Part shown: positions 9,813-19,939 of the stretch, piece after piece | How positions within the stretch are numbered: position 1 is the first letter of the stretch | How the letters are laid out: each line of letters starts with the position of its first letter | From: Bacillota bacterium | GTDB lineage: Bacteria; Bacillota; Clostridia; Oscillospirales; Ruminococcaceae | Direction of reading: 5' to 3' | Assembly: GCA_023431215.1 (NCBI GenBank) | Contig: JAEYXR010000048.1 | Span: 2,995-66,994, forward strand | Length of the DNA: 64,000 nt | Position numbers and translations under genes: made by a program | The notes under the pieces: generated by a model | Told to the model about the DNA's origin: nothing | What the model saw: the letters and a program-made list of their open reading frames with translations, nothing else | The model's database searches: none

Positions 9813-9849
9813 TGTGTATTATTATACATTTCTCATACAGGTTTGTAAA
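9813..9849 (-). promoter_or_regulatory. SigA promoter with an ARG box over the -10 element
   Basis: TTTACA, 17 nt, TATAAT; TGTATTATTATACA palindrome at 9815-9828. Confidence 0.7.
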
Positions 9850-9931
9850 CCCTTTGTATTTAAAAATACAGAGATAATCGCCGTTTCCTCTGATTTCTTT
9901 TTAGTTAACATCTCTAAAAATGCATATTTAT

Positions 9932-9949
9932 AATGAATTTTTATTCATT
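9932..9949. promoter_or_regulatory. ArgR/AhrC box
   Basis: AATGAATTTTTATTCATT matches WNTGAATWWWWATTCANW exactly. Confidence 0.75.
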
Positions 9950-10151
9950 TATACTTGCATATTCACTGCGTATATTTCATGAATCATTGTCCAAAACCCT
10001 TATTTGTGGTATCCTATTGATATAATAAGTTAATGTATCCAGCCGGGTACGCCAACACAAAAGCCATCGCCCATATACTATGGCCGACCCAACAGAACAG
10101 CTGCGCTGTTTTATTATTTCTGCCAGTTTGGCAAAGAAAGGAACCTTGCTC

Positions 10152-12302
10152 ATGGACATCATCAAACAACTTACTCAGGAGCTAAATCTACGTCAATCAC
10201 AGGTGGAAGCAGCGGTTGAGCTCATCGACGCCGGAAACACCATTCCGTTTATCGCCCGTTATCGCAAAGAAGCCACCGGTTCTTTGGACGATGCACAGCT
10301 GCGTGACCTGGACGACCGCCTAAGCTACCTGCGCAACTTAGAAAAACGCAAGGAAGAAGTTCGCACTGCCATTGAGGAGCAGGGCAAACTCACCGAGGAG
10401 CTTTCACTGGCGTTGGCAAAAGCCCAAACCCTGGCTGTGGTAGAAGATTTGTACCGGCCCTATAAGCAAAAACGTAAAACCCGTGCCAGCATGGCAAAGG
10501 AAAAAGGACTGGAGCCTTTGGCACTTGCCATTTGGGCACAAAGCACCCTTGCCGAACCTATTGTTATGGCAAAAGAATATGTTGACGAAGAAAAAGGTGT
10601 ATCCTCCCCTGAGGATGCTCTTGCCGGCGCTTTGGATATTATTGCCGAAAATATCTCGGATGATGCGGCTATCCGCGGTGCTTTAAAGCAGCTGATTTCC
10701 TCAATTGGCCTGATTATTGCCAGTGGCGACAGTGAGGAAAATACCACTTATGCCATGTACTATGATTTTTCGGAGCCGGTTTCTAAAATTGCTCCTCATC
10801 GCATACTTGCCATCAACCGTGGCGAAAAAGAGGGTATTTTAAAATCTTCCCTGCAGCTGGATGAGTCAAGAGCCTTGTCTGTCATTGAAAAAATGGTGGT
10901 TACTGCCAAAAATCCCTGTTCCCGAGCAGTGTTAGCCGCTGCAGAGGACAGCTACAAGCGTCTGCTGTTCCCTTCCCTGGAGCGCGAAACCTTCTCCACA
11001 CTGTTTGAAGCTGCCTCCGAGCAGGCCATTAAGGTATTCGCAGACAATTTACATCATCTGCTGATGCAGCCTCCCGTCAAAGACAGAGTGGTGCTGGGGC
11101 TGGACCCCGCTTACCGAACAGGCTGCAAAATTGCCGTAGTGGATGGTACCGGCAAGGTACTGGATACCACCGTCATTTACCCCACGCCCCCCCAGAAAAA
11201 AATAGAAGAAGCAAAGGCAACCCTAAAAAAGCTGATTACCAAGCATGATGTTTCGGTCATCTCCATTGGCAACGGCACCGCCAGCAAGGAGTCTGAAATG
11301 TTTGTGGCCGAGCTGATTCGGGAGCTGGGAGGCGGACTCTCCTACATGGTGGTCAGTGAAGCAGGCGCTTCTGTCTATTCTGCCAGCAAGCTGGCCAGTG
11401 AGGAATTTCCCCAGTTTGACGTTTCGCTGCGCAGTGCAGTTTCCATTGCACGCCGTTTGCAGGACCCCCTTGCCGAGCTGGTAAAGATTGACCCCAAGGC
11501 CATCGGCATTGGGCAATACCAGCACGATATGCCCCAGAACCGTTTGGACGGAGCACTCTCCGGCGTGGTAGAAAGCTGCGTTAACTCGGTAGGTGTAGAC
11601 CTTAACACCGCTTCCCACTCTTTGCTGGGCCATGTGGCAGGGGTAAATGCTGCCGTAGCCAAAAATATTGTGGCATACCGGGAAGAAAGCGGTGGCTTTA
11701 CCTCCCGCAACCAGCTCCTTAAAGTGCCCAAGCTGGGTAAAAAGGCTTACGAGCAATGCGCCGGTTTTTTGCGCATCCCCGGCGCCAAAAACAAGCTGGA
11801 CAGCACCGCAGTCCACCCCGAAAGCTATGATGCTGCTAAAAAGCTGCTGGAGCTTTGTGGGTATACCCTGGCAGACATTGGTACTCCCGCCCTTGGTGAC
11901 CTTGCCTCAAAGGTAAAGGAAATGGGCTATGCTCAGGCAGCCCAACAGGCAGGCGTGGGCGAGCCTACCATCAAAGATATTGTAGAAGAGCTGCTCAAGC
12001 CCGGCCGTGATCCCCGCGACGAGCTGCCAGCCCCCATGCTACGCACCGATGTCATGGACCTTAGCGACTTAAAGCCGGATATGATTCTTACCGGTACTGT
12101 ACGCAACGTGCTGGACTTTGGCGCTTTTGTTGACATTGGTGTCCACGAAGACGGTCTGGTGCATATCTCCCAGCTATCCGACCACTTCATCAAGCACCCC
12201 AGCCAGGCAGTCAAAGTGGGTGATATTGTAAAGGTGCGCGTGTTGGAAGTTGATGTAAAGCGTAAACGCATTGGACTTAGCATGAAGGGTATTGAGAAAT
12301 AA
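10152..12302 (+). CDS. tex: Tex/YhgF RNA-binding transcriptional accessory protein
   Basis: GNTIPFIARYRKEATG, GLDPAYRTGCK, IGNGTAS, HhH region, C-terminal S1 domain. Confidence 0.95.
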   Translation: MDIIKQLTQELNLRQSQVEAAVELIDAGNTIPFIARYRKEATGSLDDAQLRDLDDRLSYLRNLEKRKEEVRTAIEEQGKLTEELSLALAKAQTLAVVEDLYRPYKQKRKTRASMAKEKGLEPLALAIWAQSTLAEPIVMAKEYVDEEKGVSSPEDALAGALDIIAENISDDAAIRGALKQLISSIGLIIASGDSEENTTYAMYYDFSEPVSKIAPHRILAINRGEKEGILKSSLQLDESRALSVIEKMVVTAKNPCSRAVLAAAEDSYKRLLFPSLERETFSTLFEAASEQAIKVFADNLHHLLMQPPVKDRVVLGLDPAYRTGCKIAVVDGTGKVLDTTVIYPTPPQKKIEEAKATLKKLITKHDVSVISIGNGTASKESEMFVAELIRELGGGLSYMVVSEAGASVYSASKLASEEFPQFDVSLRSAVSIARRLQDPLAELVKIDPKAIGIGQYQHDMPQNRLDGALSGVVESCVNSVGVDLNTASHSLLGHVAGVNAAVAKNIVAYREESGGFTSRNQLLKVPKLGKKAYEQCAGFLRIPGAKNKLDSTAVHPESYDAAKKLLELCGYTLADIGTPALGDLASKVKEMGYAQAAQQAGVGEPTIKDIVEELLKPGRDPRDELPAPMLRTDVMDLSDLKPDMILTGTVRNVLDFGAFVDIGVHEDGLVHISQLSDHFIKHPSQAVKVGDIVKVRVLEVDVKRKRIGLSMKGIEK

Positions 12303-12466
12303 GGGTAGCAAGCAGAAAGTGCTTAAGGAAAACACTAGTTTAACAACAAGCCTTTTTCTGTTAATCACCGCTGCGGCAAATGAATCTCTGTAAAAAAGTT
12401 TGGCAGGGGTATTTTTTAACCGGGCAACAACCTTTTGTCCAAGTAAGTTAGAATTGCAGGTAAATA

Positions 12467-12502
12467 AAAAAAGAGTCTGTGCAAAGCACAGACTCTTTTT
12501 TT
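12467..12502. terminator. Bidirectional terminator between tex and the ferredoxin gene
   Basis: AAAAAAGAGTCTGTGC-AAA-GCACAGACTCTTTTTTT. Confidence 0.88.
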
Positions 12503-12515
12503 ATTCTTTAGAATA

Positions 12516-12686
12516 TTAGCCCTGGGAGATAGCTCCGGTGGGGCAGATACCAGCGCAAGAACCGCAGTCGATGCAGGTATCGGGGTTGATCTCAAAATGA
12601 GAAGCACCCTCAGAAATAGCCTCGACAGGGCACTCACCGGCGCAAGCGCCGCAGCTGATGCACTCGTCGTTAATTACGTATGCCAT
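12516..12686 (-). CDS. fdx: Clostridial-type 2[4Fe-4S] ferredoxin, 56 aa (below ORF-track cutoff)
   Basis: MAYVINDECISCGACAGECPVEAISEGASHFEINPDTCIDCGSCAGICPTGAISQG*: two CxxCxxCxxxCP motifs; RBS AGGAGGT. Confidence 0.95.
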   Translation of the reverse strand: MAYVINDECISCGACAGECPVEAISEGASHFEINPDTCIDCGSCAGICPTGAISQG

Positions 12687-12783
12687 TTTTCGTTACCTCC
12701 TGTTTAGTTTCAAAGTTATTCTATCATACAATCGCAAAAATGCAACTGTTTTTGAGGAAATTTACAGAATAAACTATTTTAAT

Positions 12784-13650
12784 TTACTCTTCCAAAGCCT
12801 TCAGCTGTGCTTCCTCTTTTGGATCTATTTTAATTTTGCCGTCACGCAAAAGCTTTACCTCTTTTTTATCAAATACCGATAAGGCGGCATCCGGGTTCTT
12901 TTCCAGACGCACTTTTAAATAGCCTGTCAGCAGGCTTACCTCCACAACGGTACCCCTGCCGTCCGGCGTGTTTACCAGTGCACCCACCTTGGGAGTGGTG
13001 CGCAGCAGGTCTTCGTATGCAACCTGCTCATATTTCAGGCAGCACATCAGCCTGCCGCAGGTGCCGGAAATTTTGGTAGGATTTAGGGATAATCCCTGTT
13101 CCTTGGCCATTTTGATAGAAACCGGCTGAAACTCGCCTAAAAAAGTGGCGCAGCAAAAGGGTTTGCCGCAAACACCCAAGCCGCCCAGCATCTTGGCCTC
13201 GTCACGGACACCAATCTGCCGCAGCTCAATGCGAGTGCGAAAAACCGAAGCAAGATCCTTTACCAGCTCACGGAAGTCTACACGCCCGTCAGCAGTAAAG
13301 TAAAACAGTATTTTATTATTGTCAAAGGTATACTCCACATCCACCAGCTTCATATCCAGCTTGTTGGCCGCAATTTTTTCTTGGCAGATGCGGAAGGCCT
13401 TTTTCTCTTTTTTCTTATTTTCTTCAATACGGTGCAAATCTTCCGGGGTGGCCAGCCGAACCAGCTTTTTCAGGGGCTTTACAATTTCGCCATCCTGCAC
13501 CTGGCGGTTGGCAATGGCTACTGTGCCGCACTCCACACCACGGGCAGTTTCTACAATAACCTTTTGTCCCAGGTCGGCTTGCTCACCCGATGGGTCAAAG
13601 TAGTAGATTTTGCCTACTTCTTTAAATCTTACTCCGATTACCTCTGCCAT
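12784..13650 (-). CDS. yaaT: PSP1-domain stage 0 sporulation protein YaaT/RicT
   Basis: RVDFRELVKDLA, RIELRQIGVRDEAK, CGRLMCCLKYE; follows holB. Confidence 0.93.
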   Translation of the reverse strand: MAEVIGVRFKEVGKIYYFDPSGEQADLGQKVIVETARGVECGTVAIANRQVQDGEIVKPLKKLVRLATPEDLHRIEENKKKEKKAFRICQEKIAANKLDMKLVDVEYTFDNNKILFYFTADGRVDFRELVKDLASVFRTRIELRQIGVRDEAKMLGGLGVCGKPFCCATFLGEFQPVSIKMAKEQGLSLNPTKISGTCGRLMCCLKYEQVAYEDLLRTTPKVGALVNTPDGRGTVVEVSLLTGYLKVRLEKNPDAALSVFDKKEVKLLRDGKIKIDPKEEAQLKALEE

Positions 13651-13811
13651 TGTTCCTCCAAAACTGCGGGTGCTGAATTCATAAACAGCCTGCCGCTTTA
13701 CAAAATAGCATACTCTTACATTATTATTTGATGTCTGCAGATATCGCTTTTTATGGGTAGCCTGCCTTCAGTCTCTTGGCTTTAAGCCAGGGATTACCAG
13801 TGGGCACCGCC

Positions 13812-14738
13812 TTATATGGTCTTTCCATACTCTGCCAGCAGCGCTGAAAGCAGTGCCGGATAACCATTGCTGTCGCAATACTCCTGCAGGCGGGCCACAG
13901 CCTCCCGCAGCCGCACAGCCCTGTGGTGAGGCATCCTCAGTACGGATATATACTTTCGGTTCATGAGCATTGCCCCCACGGCTTGCAGCAACTTTGCATA
14001 ATCTGCCCGCTGTTTTTCCAGAGGTACCATTGCAGCCATCACACCGCAGGCGTTTCTTTTTGCCAGCGCCTCCACCACCTTTTGGGCAGCATCCCAGCGC
14101 TTGCCGCAAGCTGGGTCGGTCAATATTTCCAAAGCAAGGCCGGGGCTTCCGTCTGCAAGCTCCAACGCATGCTCCCGCTGCCCCTGGGGCTTGTCCCCTG
14201 CCCTCTCCTCCAAAAAGGCCAGAGCCTTTTGGCGGGGCACAGGCAGCGTATGCACTGTCACCACACGAGATAATATGGTGGACAGCAGCCGGTAACGGTT
14301 GTCACAGGTAAAAATAAAATAGGTGTTCTCCGGCGGCTCCTCCACCACCTTTAACAGCAAATTCTGTACCTCTGCACTTAAAAGCTGGGCATCCAAAAAG
14401 ATGGTGACCTTGGCACAGCCCTCACTGGGTTTTTGGTAGGCTTCTCCCCGCAGGCGGCGAATAGAATCCTTACGGTAGGTGTCGGAGCTTCCATCCAACA
14501 GGGTAATGTCACTGTGTGCCCCCAGCAGCACCTTTTGGCACTGGTCGCACACACCGCACATTCTACCCTTGCCGCTGCGGCATAAGATGGCCCCCGCAAC
14601 GGCAATTGCCAGTTCGCGGCGGCCGGTACCGCGGTCACCCTCAATATTCAAACTATGCACCAGGCGCCCCTGGGTAAGCATTGCTTCCAGCGCAGGGGGC
14701 ATCAAAAGCGTCAGGGGGTCATAATCAAACTTTTTCAA
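13812..14738 (-). CDS. holB: DNA polymerase III delta-prime subunit (start uncertain)
   Basis: Zn motif C..CGVCDQC, QNLLLKVVEEPP, TILSR; conserved position between darA and yaaT. Confidence 0.85.
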   Translation of the reverse strand: MKKFDYDPLTLLMPPALEAMLTQGRLVHSLNIEGDRGTGRRELAIAVAGAILCRSGKGRMCGVCDQCQKVLLGAHSDITLLDGSSDTYRKDSIRRLRGEAYQKPSEGCAKVTIFLDAQLLSAEVQNLLLKVVEEPPENTYFIFTCDNRYRLLSTILSRVVTVHTLPVPRQKALAFLEERAGDKPQGQREHALELADGSPGLALEILTDPACGKRWDAAQKVVEALAKRNACGVMAAMVPLEKQRADYAKLLQAVGAMLMNRKYISVLRMPHHRAVRLREAVARLQEYCDSNGYPALLSALLAEYGKTI

Positions 14739-15048
14739 ACCGCTCCACATCCATCACAAAGATGGTGGCGCCGCCAACCGCCACTTCTACAGGCATACCG
14801 GCATACATGCCGGCGCTAAAAGATGCAGTAGAAGGCACCATTTTGGTGCGCTTGCGGCTGTTTTCCGAGATGATTTCAATGGCTTTATCTACTTTTTCAT
14901 CCTCGGTACCCACCAGAAGCGTGGTGTTGCCGGACATGAGAAACCCACCGGTGGTGGCAAGACGTGTTACCGAATAACGCTGTTTGGTCAGGGCGCTGGA
15001 AACGCCGGAGCTGTCGTCGTTGGATACAATGGCCAATATCAGTTTCAT
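14725..15048 (-). CDS. darA: PII-like cyclic-di-AMP receptor DarA/PstA (YaaQ)
   Basis: MKLILAIV..TRLATTGGFLMSGNTTLLVG..VGGATIFV. Confidence 0.93.
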   Translation of the reverse strand: MKLILAIVSNDDSSGVSSALTKQRYSVTRLATTGGFLMSGNTTLLVGTEDEKVDKAIEIISENSRKRTKMVPSTASFSAGMYAGMPVEVAVGGATIFVMDVERFEKV

Positions 15049-15250
15049 AGGTAACTCCTTTCCGCCGAATTCTTATCGGCACTGGCTGTCTATCTATTCT
15101 TTGTACCCCTAAGGGCCAAAACGCAAAAGAAAAAGGGTTTAAAAGTAAAAATGATTGCAGTTATTTTAATATGCGTACAAAGGAATAATAAAACCGACCA
15201 TAAAGCCGTTTTTCGGTTGCAATATAAAAAGCAAAATAACTGCTATGTAA

Positions 15251-16603
15251 TTATTTTACCACAAACACCTCATCGATTCCACTTATTTTTAGCAAATCCT
15301 GTAAGGGCGGAGTAATCTCTTCTCCCGGTACCAACACAGGAATCCCCGGAGGGCAGCGGCTTACCAGCCTTGCCGACACATGGCCTGCAGCATCCTCTAC
15401 CCTGATTTTTCGGCTGGGTCTTGCCATAGCCTCGGCAACTGTAAGAATAGCTCTGGGCAGAGGGACCGGTGGAGGCAGTTGGTAAGGGAAAGCGGCCCTT
15501 CCACGGGGAGCCATGCCAATAACACGCTCCAGTTTCTGCAGCTGTTCTTCTGTATTATATGGTGTTACCATAAAAACACATACATTGTCCGCCATATACT
15601 CCGGCTCTACACCCTCGGCTTTTATATATTTGGTAAATCCGTTGCGGCTGTATTCCGCTTTGGTAAAATCAATTACCAGACGCACAGGGTCACAAATCCA
15701 ACTGCGAACCACACCAAAGCCACGGCTTTCGGCAGCGGTCTTCAGTCTGTCAATGCGTGTTCCCAAATCAATATAGCGGGTATCCATGCTTTCTATTTCA
15801 CTCAAGGCCATATCTGCCGAAAGCATGATAAGATAACTTGGGCTGGTACTGCCAAACAGAGACATTGCATATTTTGCATCCTCGTACAGCGCCGCATTGG
15901 ATAGATGAAGCGCAGCAGCACCGGTAAGGGCCGGCAGCGTTTTGTGCAGCGAATCGGCACAAATATCTGCCCCCAGGCTGATGGGATGCAGCGGCATATG
16001 AAAGCGGTGCAGATGCGCACCGTGGGCGTTGTCCACCAACAGCATTTTTCGGTGCTGGTGGCAAAGATAGCTAATGTCACCAATATCGGCAATCTGGCCA
16101 AAGTAATCGGGGCTGGTGATATAGACCGCCACCGCATCAGGATGTTCTGAAATTGCTCTCTCGATGTCCTCTGCCCGGGGAGGCAGAGCCACACCTTTAA
16201 TGCCGCCATCCTTTCCGTCGGATACGGGGCATTCCACCCACACAGGGATAATGCCCAAAAGGCCCATGGCACTTACCGCGCTACGGTGGATGGTACGGGA
16301 AGCTATCATTGTACGGCCATATTGAGAAGCCATGTACAGCATGGTCTGGATGCACAGGGTGCTGCCGCCTGCCGAAAGCAAGCTATCGCCGCTGTTGTAA
16401 GCCAGAGAAAGCCGATGCTCTATTTCCCGAATTGGCCCGTCGCATTCATACAACGAGTCGGCTCCGTCAATTTCGGTGATGTCCCAGGGGGCAGCCTCTC
16501 TCAGGGGAGGGGGCATATTTCCCTTGTGCCCCGGCATGTGGTAAGGGGCAAAGCCCTTGGCGCGCAGCTGGGCCATGGCATCAAACAATGGTGTGTCCGC
16601 CAT
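15251..16603 (-). CDS. yaaO: PLP-dependent Orn/Lys/Arg decarboxylase (YaaO-like)
   Basis: HMPGHKG, DNAHGAH, SLHKTLP, STSPSY, PPGIPVLVPGE. Confidence 0.88.
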   Translation of the reverse strand: MADTPLFDAMAQLRAKGFAPYHMPGHKGNMPPPLREAAPWDITEIDGADSLYECDGPIREIEHRLSLAYNSGDSLLSAGGSTLCIQTMLYMASQYGRTMIASRTIHRSAVSAMGLLGIIPVWVECPVSDGKDGGIKGVALPPRAEDIERAISEHPDAVAVYITSPDYFGQIADIGDISYLCHQHRKMLLVDNAHGAHLHRFHMPLHPISLGADICADSLHKTLPALTGAAALHLSNAALYEDAKYAMSLFGSTSPSYLIMLSADMALSEIESMDTRYIDLGTRIDRLKTAAESRGFGVVRSWICDPVRLVIDFTKAEYSRNGFTKYIKAEGVEPEYMADNVCVFMVTPYNTEEQLQKLERVIGMAPRGRAAFPYQLPPPVPLPRAILTVAEAMARPSRKIRVEDAAGHVSARLVSRCPPGIPVLVPGEEITPPLQDLLKISGIDEVFVVK

Positions 16604-16745
16604 CTTTCATCACCTCATTTTGTCTCATAATCCTTTGCTTATCCTTATGTCAGACAGCACTGCTTTTTAAGCCCGTTTTTCTTTGCCGGTATTGCTTCTA
16701 TCATTGCAAATAGTCAACCATTCTTACCTACTGCGGCCTGTTTGG

Positions 16746-17183
16746 TCATCCACAAAGGTGCGGCGCCTTTTGGGCAAGAGCATCCAAAAAGCCTTGACGG
16801 TCAGCAGGTGAAAGCTCCAGACGGTAGCTTTCGTCATCCTGCCGGTAAATAATATATAAAACATCCTTAGACAGGGCCATGGGCACATATCCGTGTACCG
16901 CGGCATCCTTGTGGGTGGTCACCTCAACCATATCACTATAGAATACCGTGATTTTAGAAATACCGCTGCGAACATCCAGCGAACCTTCGTCCAGTGTATA
17001 ACAGGTACGGCACACCTGTGCCAGGGCGGTAGCAAAGGCTATGCCGCCACCCAAAGTAAGCATGGAGCCAATGAGCCAGCCGCCCCACACCACCCAAAGT
17101 ATCAGGCCGACCAGGGCTGCGGCACCGCTGAAGGCGGTAATCAAACGGTAGCTTACATCTATTTTGGGAGTAAAAGTCTTCAA
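16746..17183 (-). CDS. Two-TM membrane protein with bacterial PH-like domain
   Basis: Two hydrophobic helices, then YTLDEGSLDVRSG..ALSKD..ELSPAD..FL; TTG start chosen from the RBS. Confidence 0.65.
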   Translation of the reverse strand: MKTFTPKIDVSYRLITAFSGAAALVGLILWVVWGGWLIGSMLTLGGGIAFATALAQVCRTCYTLDEGSLDVRSGISKITVFYSDMVEVTTHKDAAVHGYVPMALSKDVLYIIYRQDDESYRLELSPADRQGFLDALAQKAPHLCG

Positions 17184-17202
17184 GGCTGCCTTTCTCCCTT
17201 CC

Positions 17203-18261
17203 TCAACCACGGTTAAAAAACCTGCGCTTGGTTTTGCGTAAAAAGTCATTACAGCATATTGCAAAATTAATAACTCGGGTAAGAAGAGGGCGATAGTGAT
17301 AATCAAATTCACCTGCAAGTTCATCTACCCGGCCGCCAAAGCCTCTTTTAAAACGGTACAGACCGTACATATGGCCTTTTTCATTCTCCAAATCTCCTGC
17401 CACACCTTGAAAATCATACACCGTACAGCCTGTTTCTATGGCCCAGCGAATCATTTCCCACTGCATCAGGTAGTTTGGCATGACATTGCGGTGGGCATTG
17501 TCGGACGCCCCGTAAACATAACAGGCCTTGCCTGCATAGTTGGTGGTAATGGCACCGCACACAGGCTGCCCCTGATAAAACCCCATATACAGGCGTACAT
17601 GGACGCCAAGTGCATCCAGCATGCGCTCAAAATACACCTTGGGGCGGGTAGAAAAGCCATCCCGCTGACCGGTGGTTTGATAAATACGCATAAAATCATC
17701 CAGGTATTCCTTGCCCACCGGACGAACCTCCACCCCCTTTTTTTGAGCAACACGAACATTGTAGCGGGTTTTTTGGGTCAGACCCATAAACACCTCATCC
17801 TCGGTTTTTCCGGCCAAAGGCAGGCGGTAATTGAAGCGTGCCTGAATGGTCTCAAAGCCATCGGGTCCATAAAAACGCTTAAACCCCATGTCCTCCATCA
17901 CCTTGATAAAAAAGGTGTCGTTTGCGGGTACATCGGGGTCTATTTTAAATGTGTGAGCATTGTAAAGCTTTGCCAGCTCATCAATGCCGGATTTTAAATC
18001 CTTTAATACGGCAATATCCTTAAGGTCACAGACAGGCCCCCGGGGGCTGTACATAAAGCAGGTGCCAAACAGGGGCAATTTTTGAATCAATACGCCGCAG
18101 GCACCCACAATTTTACCAGCTTCGTTGCGAGACACCACCGCTTCAAACTGCCAGTTGCTTTTGACCTCCGGCCAGTGGCAGGACTGGGTAAACTCACCGT
18201 GGGGGTGTGCAGAGACAAAATCCTCGTATTCCCGGTACTGCTCCCGTCTCAGGATTTCCAT
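17203..18261 (-). CDS. FemABX/MurM-family lipid II:aminoacyl-tRNA transferase
   Basis: YSPRGPV, KTRYNVRVAQKKGV, YVYGAS, NYLMQWEMIRWA, GLYRFKRGFGG. Confidence 0.9.
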   Translation of the reverse strand: MEILRREQYREYEDFVSAHPHGEFTQSCHWPEVKSNWQFEAVVSRNEAGKIVGACGVLIQKLPLFGTCFMYSPRGPVCDLKDIAVLKDLKSGIDELAKLYNAHTFKIDPDVPANDTFFIKVMEDMGFKRFYGPDGFETIQARFNYRLPLAGKTEDEVFMGLTQKTRYNVRVAQKKGVEVRPVGKEYLDDFMRIYQTTGQRDGFSTRPKVYFERMLDALGVHVRLYMGFYQGQPVCGAITTNYAGKACYVYGASDNAHRNVMPNYLMQWEMIRWAIETGCTVYDFQGVAGDLENEKGHMYGLYRFKRGFGGRVDELAGEFDYHYRPLLTRVINFAICCNDFLRKTKRRFFNRG

Positions 18262-18263
18262 AG

Positions 18264-19130
18264 TCAATCAGACTTCCTCTCATCTTCTGTTATCAGGCGC
18301 AAGTTGCGGGTAAGCACCCCGCTGCCGCGCCAGCCATAGCTTTTTGTCTGTAGCAGCTCCTGCAAATGCTCCTCTGTTACTGTGGGACAAAGATTTTGCC
18401 TCAACCTCATAACAGGGGACATGGCAGGCTTCCTGTTGTGGGGGCAGGCATCGGTACAAAGATCGCAGCCCCAGGCAAGTCCGCCTTTTCGTACTTCTTG
18501 TTGCTCCCAAGGGGTAAGCTCCCCCTTTTTTTGCGTAATATAAGAGCGACACAGGGTTTTATCCATGGATTTTGTCTGAAGCGCACCTGTAGGGCAGACA
18601 TCCAGGCATAAGCTGCATCCTCCGCAGGGCGAGGCCGGCAACTGCTTGCCCGTACCAAAAGGCAGGTCGGTTACCACCTCACAAATAAACACCCTGCTGC
18701 CCCACTGAGGGGTCAGCAGCAGCCCACCTTTGCCCATGGTGCCAAGGGCCGCCAGGCAGGCAGCTTCCACCTCGGGAACTGGGGAGCTGTCTACAAAGGG
18801 CAGCAGCTTTGCCCACGGCCACTGCTGTGCCAAGGCAGTGCAAACATCTGCCAAAATTACTGATGCCACCGTATGATAATCATCACATACGGCGTAGCGC
18901 GCCACGTTGCGTGCTCCCCATTCTCCTGTATAATAAGGCAGCAGCAGTACCACCACACCCCCGGCAGCCGGCAGGCGGGATAATGCCCTGCAGGGCACCC
19001 GTGTACTTAGCTCCTCCAATGCACAGGCCCCCACACAGGTCACCCCATGGGGCAATGCCGCCCGGGCAGCTGTTTGCAGCACCTGCTGCTCCAGGTCATC
19101 GGTTATAATACGCTCACAATCCTGTTCCAT
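18264..19130 (-). CDS. queG: Epoxyqueuosine reductase-like 2[4Fe-4S] protein
   Basis: ARYA..DYH, CGGCSLCLDVCPTGA, CRSYITQ, GCDLCTDACPHN. Confidence 0.85.
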   Translation of the reverse strand: MEQDCERIITDDLEQQVLQTAARAALPHGVTCVGACALEELSTRVPCRALSRLPAAGGVVVLLLPYYTGEWGARNVARYAVCDDYHTVASVILADVCTALAQQWPWAKLLPFVDSSPVPEVEAACLAALGTMGKGGLLLTPQWGSRVFICEVVTDLPFGTGKQLPASPCGGCSLCLDVCPTGALQTKSMDKTLCRSYITQKKGELTPWEQQEVRKGGLAWGCDLCTDACPHNRKPAMSPVMRLRQNLCPTVTEEHLQELLQTKSYGWRGSGVLTRNLRLITEDERKSD

Positions 19131-19312
19131 GTTTTACTTCCATGTCAAAATTCTGCTTGGCCGCTTTTGAGCGGTGCAAATAATTACTTCACCACATTAT
19201 TATCATTATACTATGCAAGGCAAGTTGCCAAAAGCTCTTACTGCAACCCCTCCTGCACAACGGACAGCTAGCAGTTTACCCCATAAAAGAATGTACTCCT
19301 AAAGCCTTATTG

Positions 19313-19939
19313 CTATTTTTCTGCTTTGGTAAATAAGGCTGTCACTTTTTCTAAATCTACGCCGTTATCTTTGTCATACTTTTTGCTTGACAGGCGGTCC
19401 TGCAATTCTTTGGGGGTCAAAATAATATTCTGACTACCGGAAACATAGCTTGTAATTTGCTTGCCTGTGGTGGGTACAATATACTCTACCTGCATTTTAT
19501 AAAGACCCTCACGGGCAAACAGGCGGCGAAGAATCTCTACTGCCGCCTGGCATTCTTTGGCGGGGTTTTTGGCAGGTTCACGCTTGGTGTTTTCTTCATC
19601 ACCATCGGTGCAAACCCACATGTCATCCTCTATTTTTCCATAATAGCAGCCCTTTGCATAAATATCGCAAAAGAGAAAAACGCCATAAGGGGCTACCACC
19701 ACATGATCCAGCTTTGCAGTCTGGCCGCCCTCGGACACGGTAACGTCACCAAGCACCTTCCAATGGCGCAAGGCACCCATTTTGCGCAGCAATTTTTGAA
19801 TGTTGCCCTTGGTACGTTCGCTGCGGTGGCGCAGCACCCAGGCCCTGGCCAGCAAAGCAATTGCTGTTACAATACAAATTGCCATAAAGGCCCAATAAGC
19901 CATTTCACTCCAAGAAAAATTGCCTGCAGATCCGTTCAC
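19313..19939 (-). CDS. Membrane-anchored NERD (nuclease-related domain) protein
   Basis: N-terminal TM helix, LDHVVVAPYGVF, NP motif; GTG start after GGAGG. Confidence 0.65.
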   Translation of the reverse strand: MNGSAGNFSWSEMAYWAFMAICIVTAIALLARAWVLRHRSERTKGNIQKLLRKMGALRHWKVLGDVTVSEGGQTAKLDHVVVAPYGVFLFCDIYAKGCYYGKIEDDMWVCTDGDEENTKREPAKNPAKECQAAVEILRRLFAREGLYKMQVEYIVPTTGKQITSYVSGSQNIILTPKELQDRLSSKKYDKDNGVDLEKVTALFTKAEK

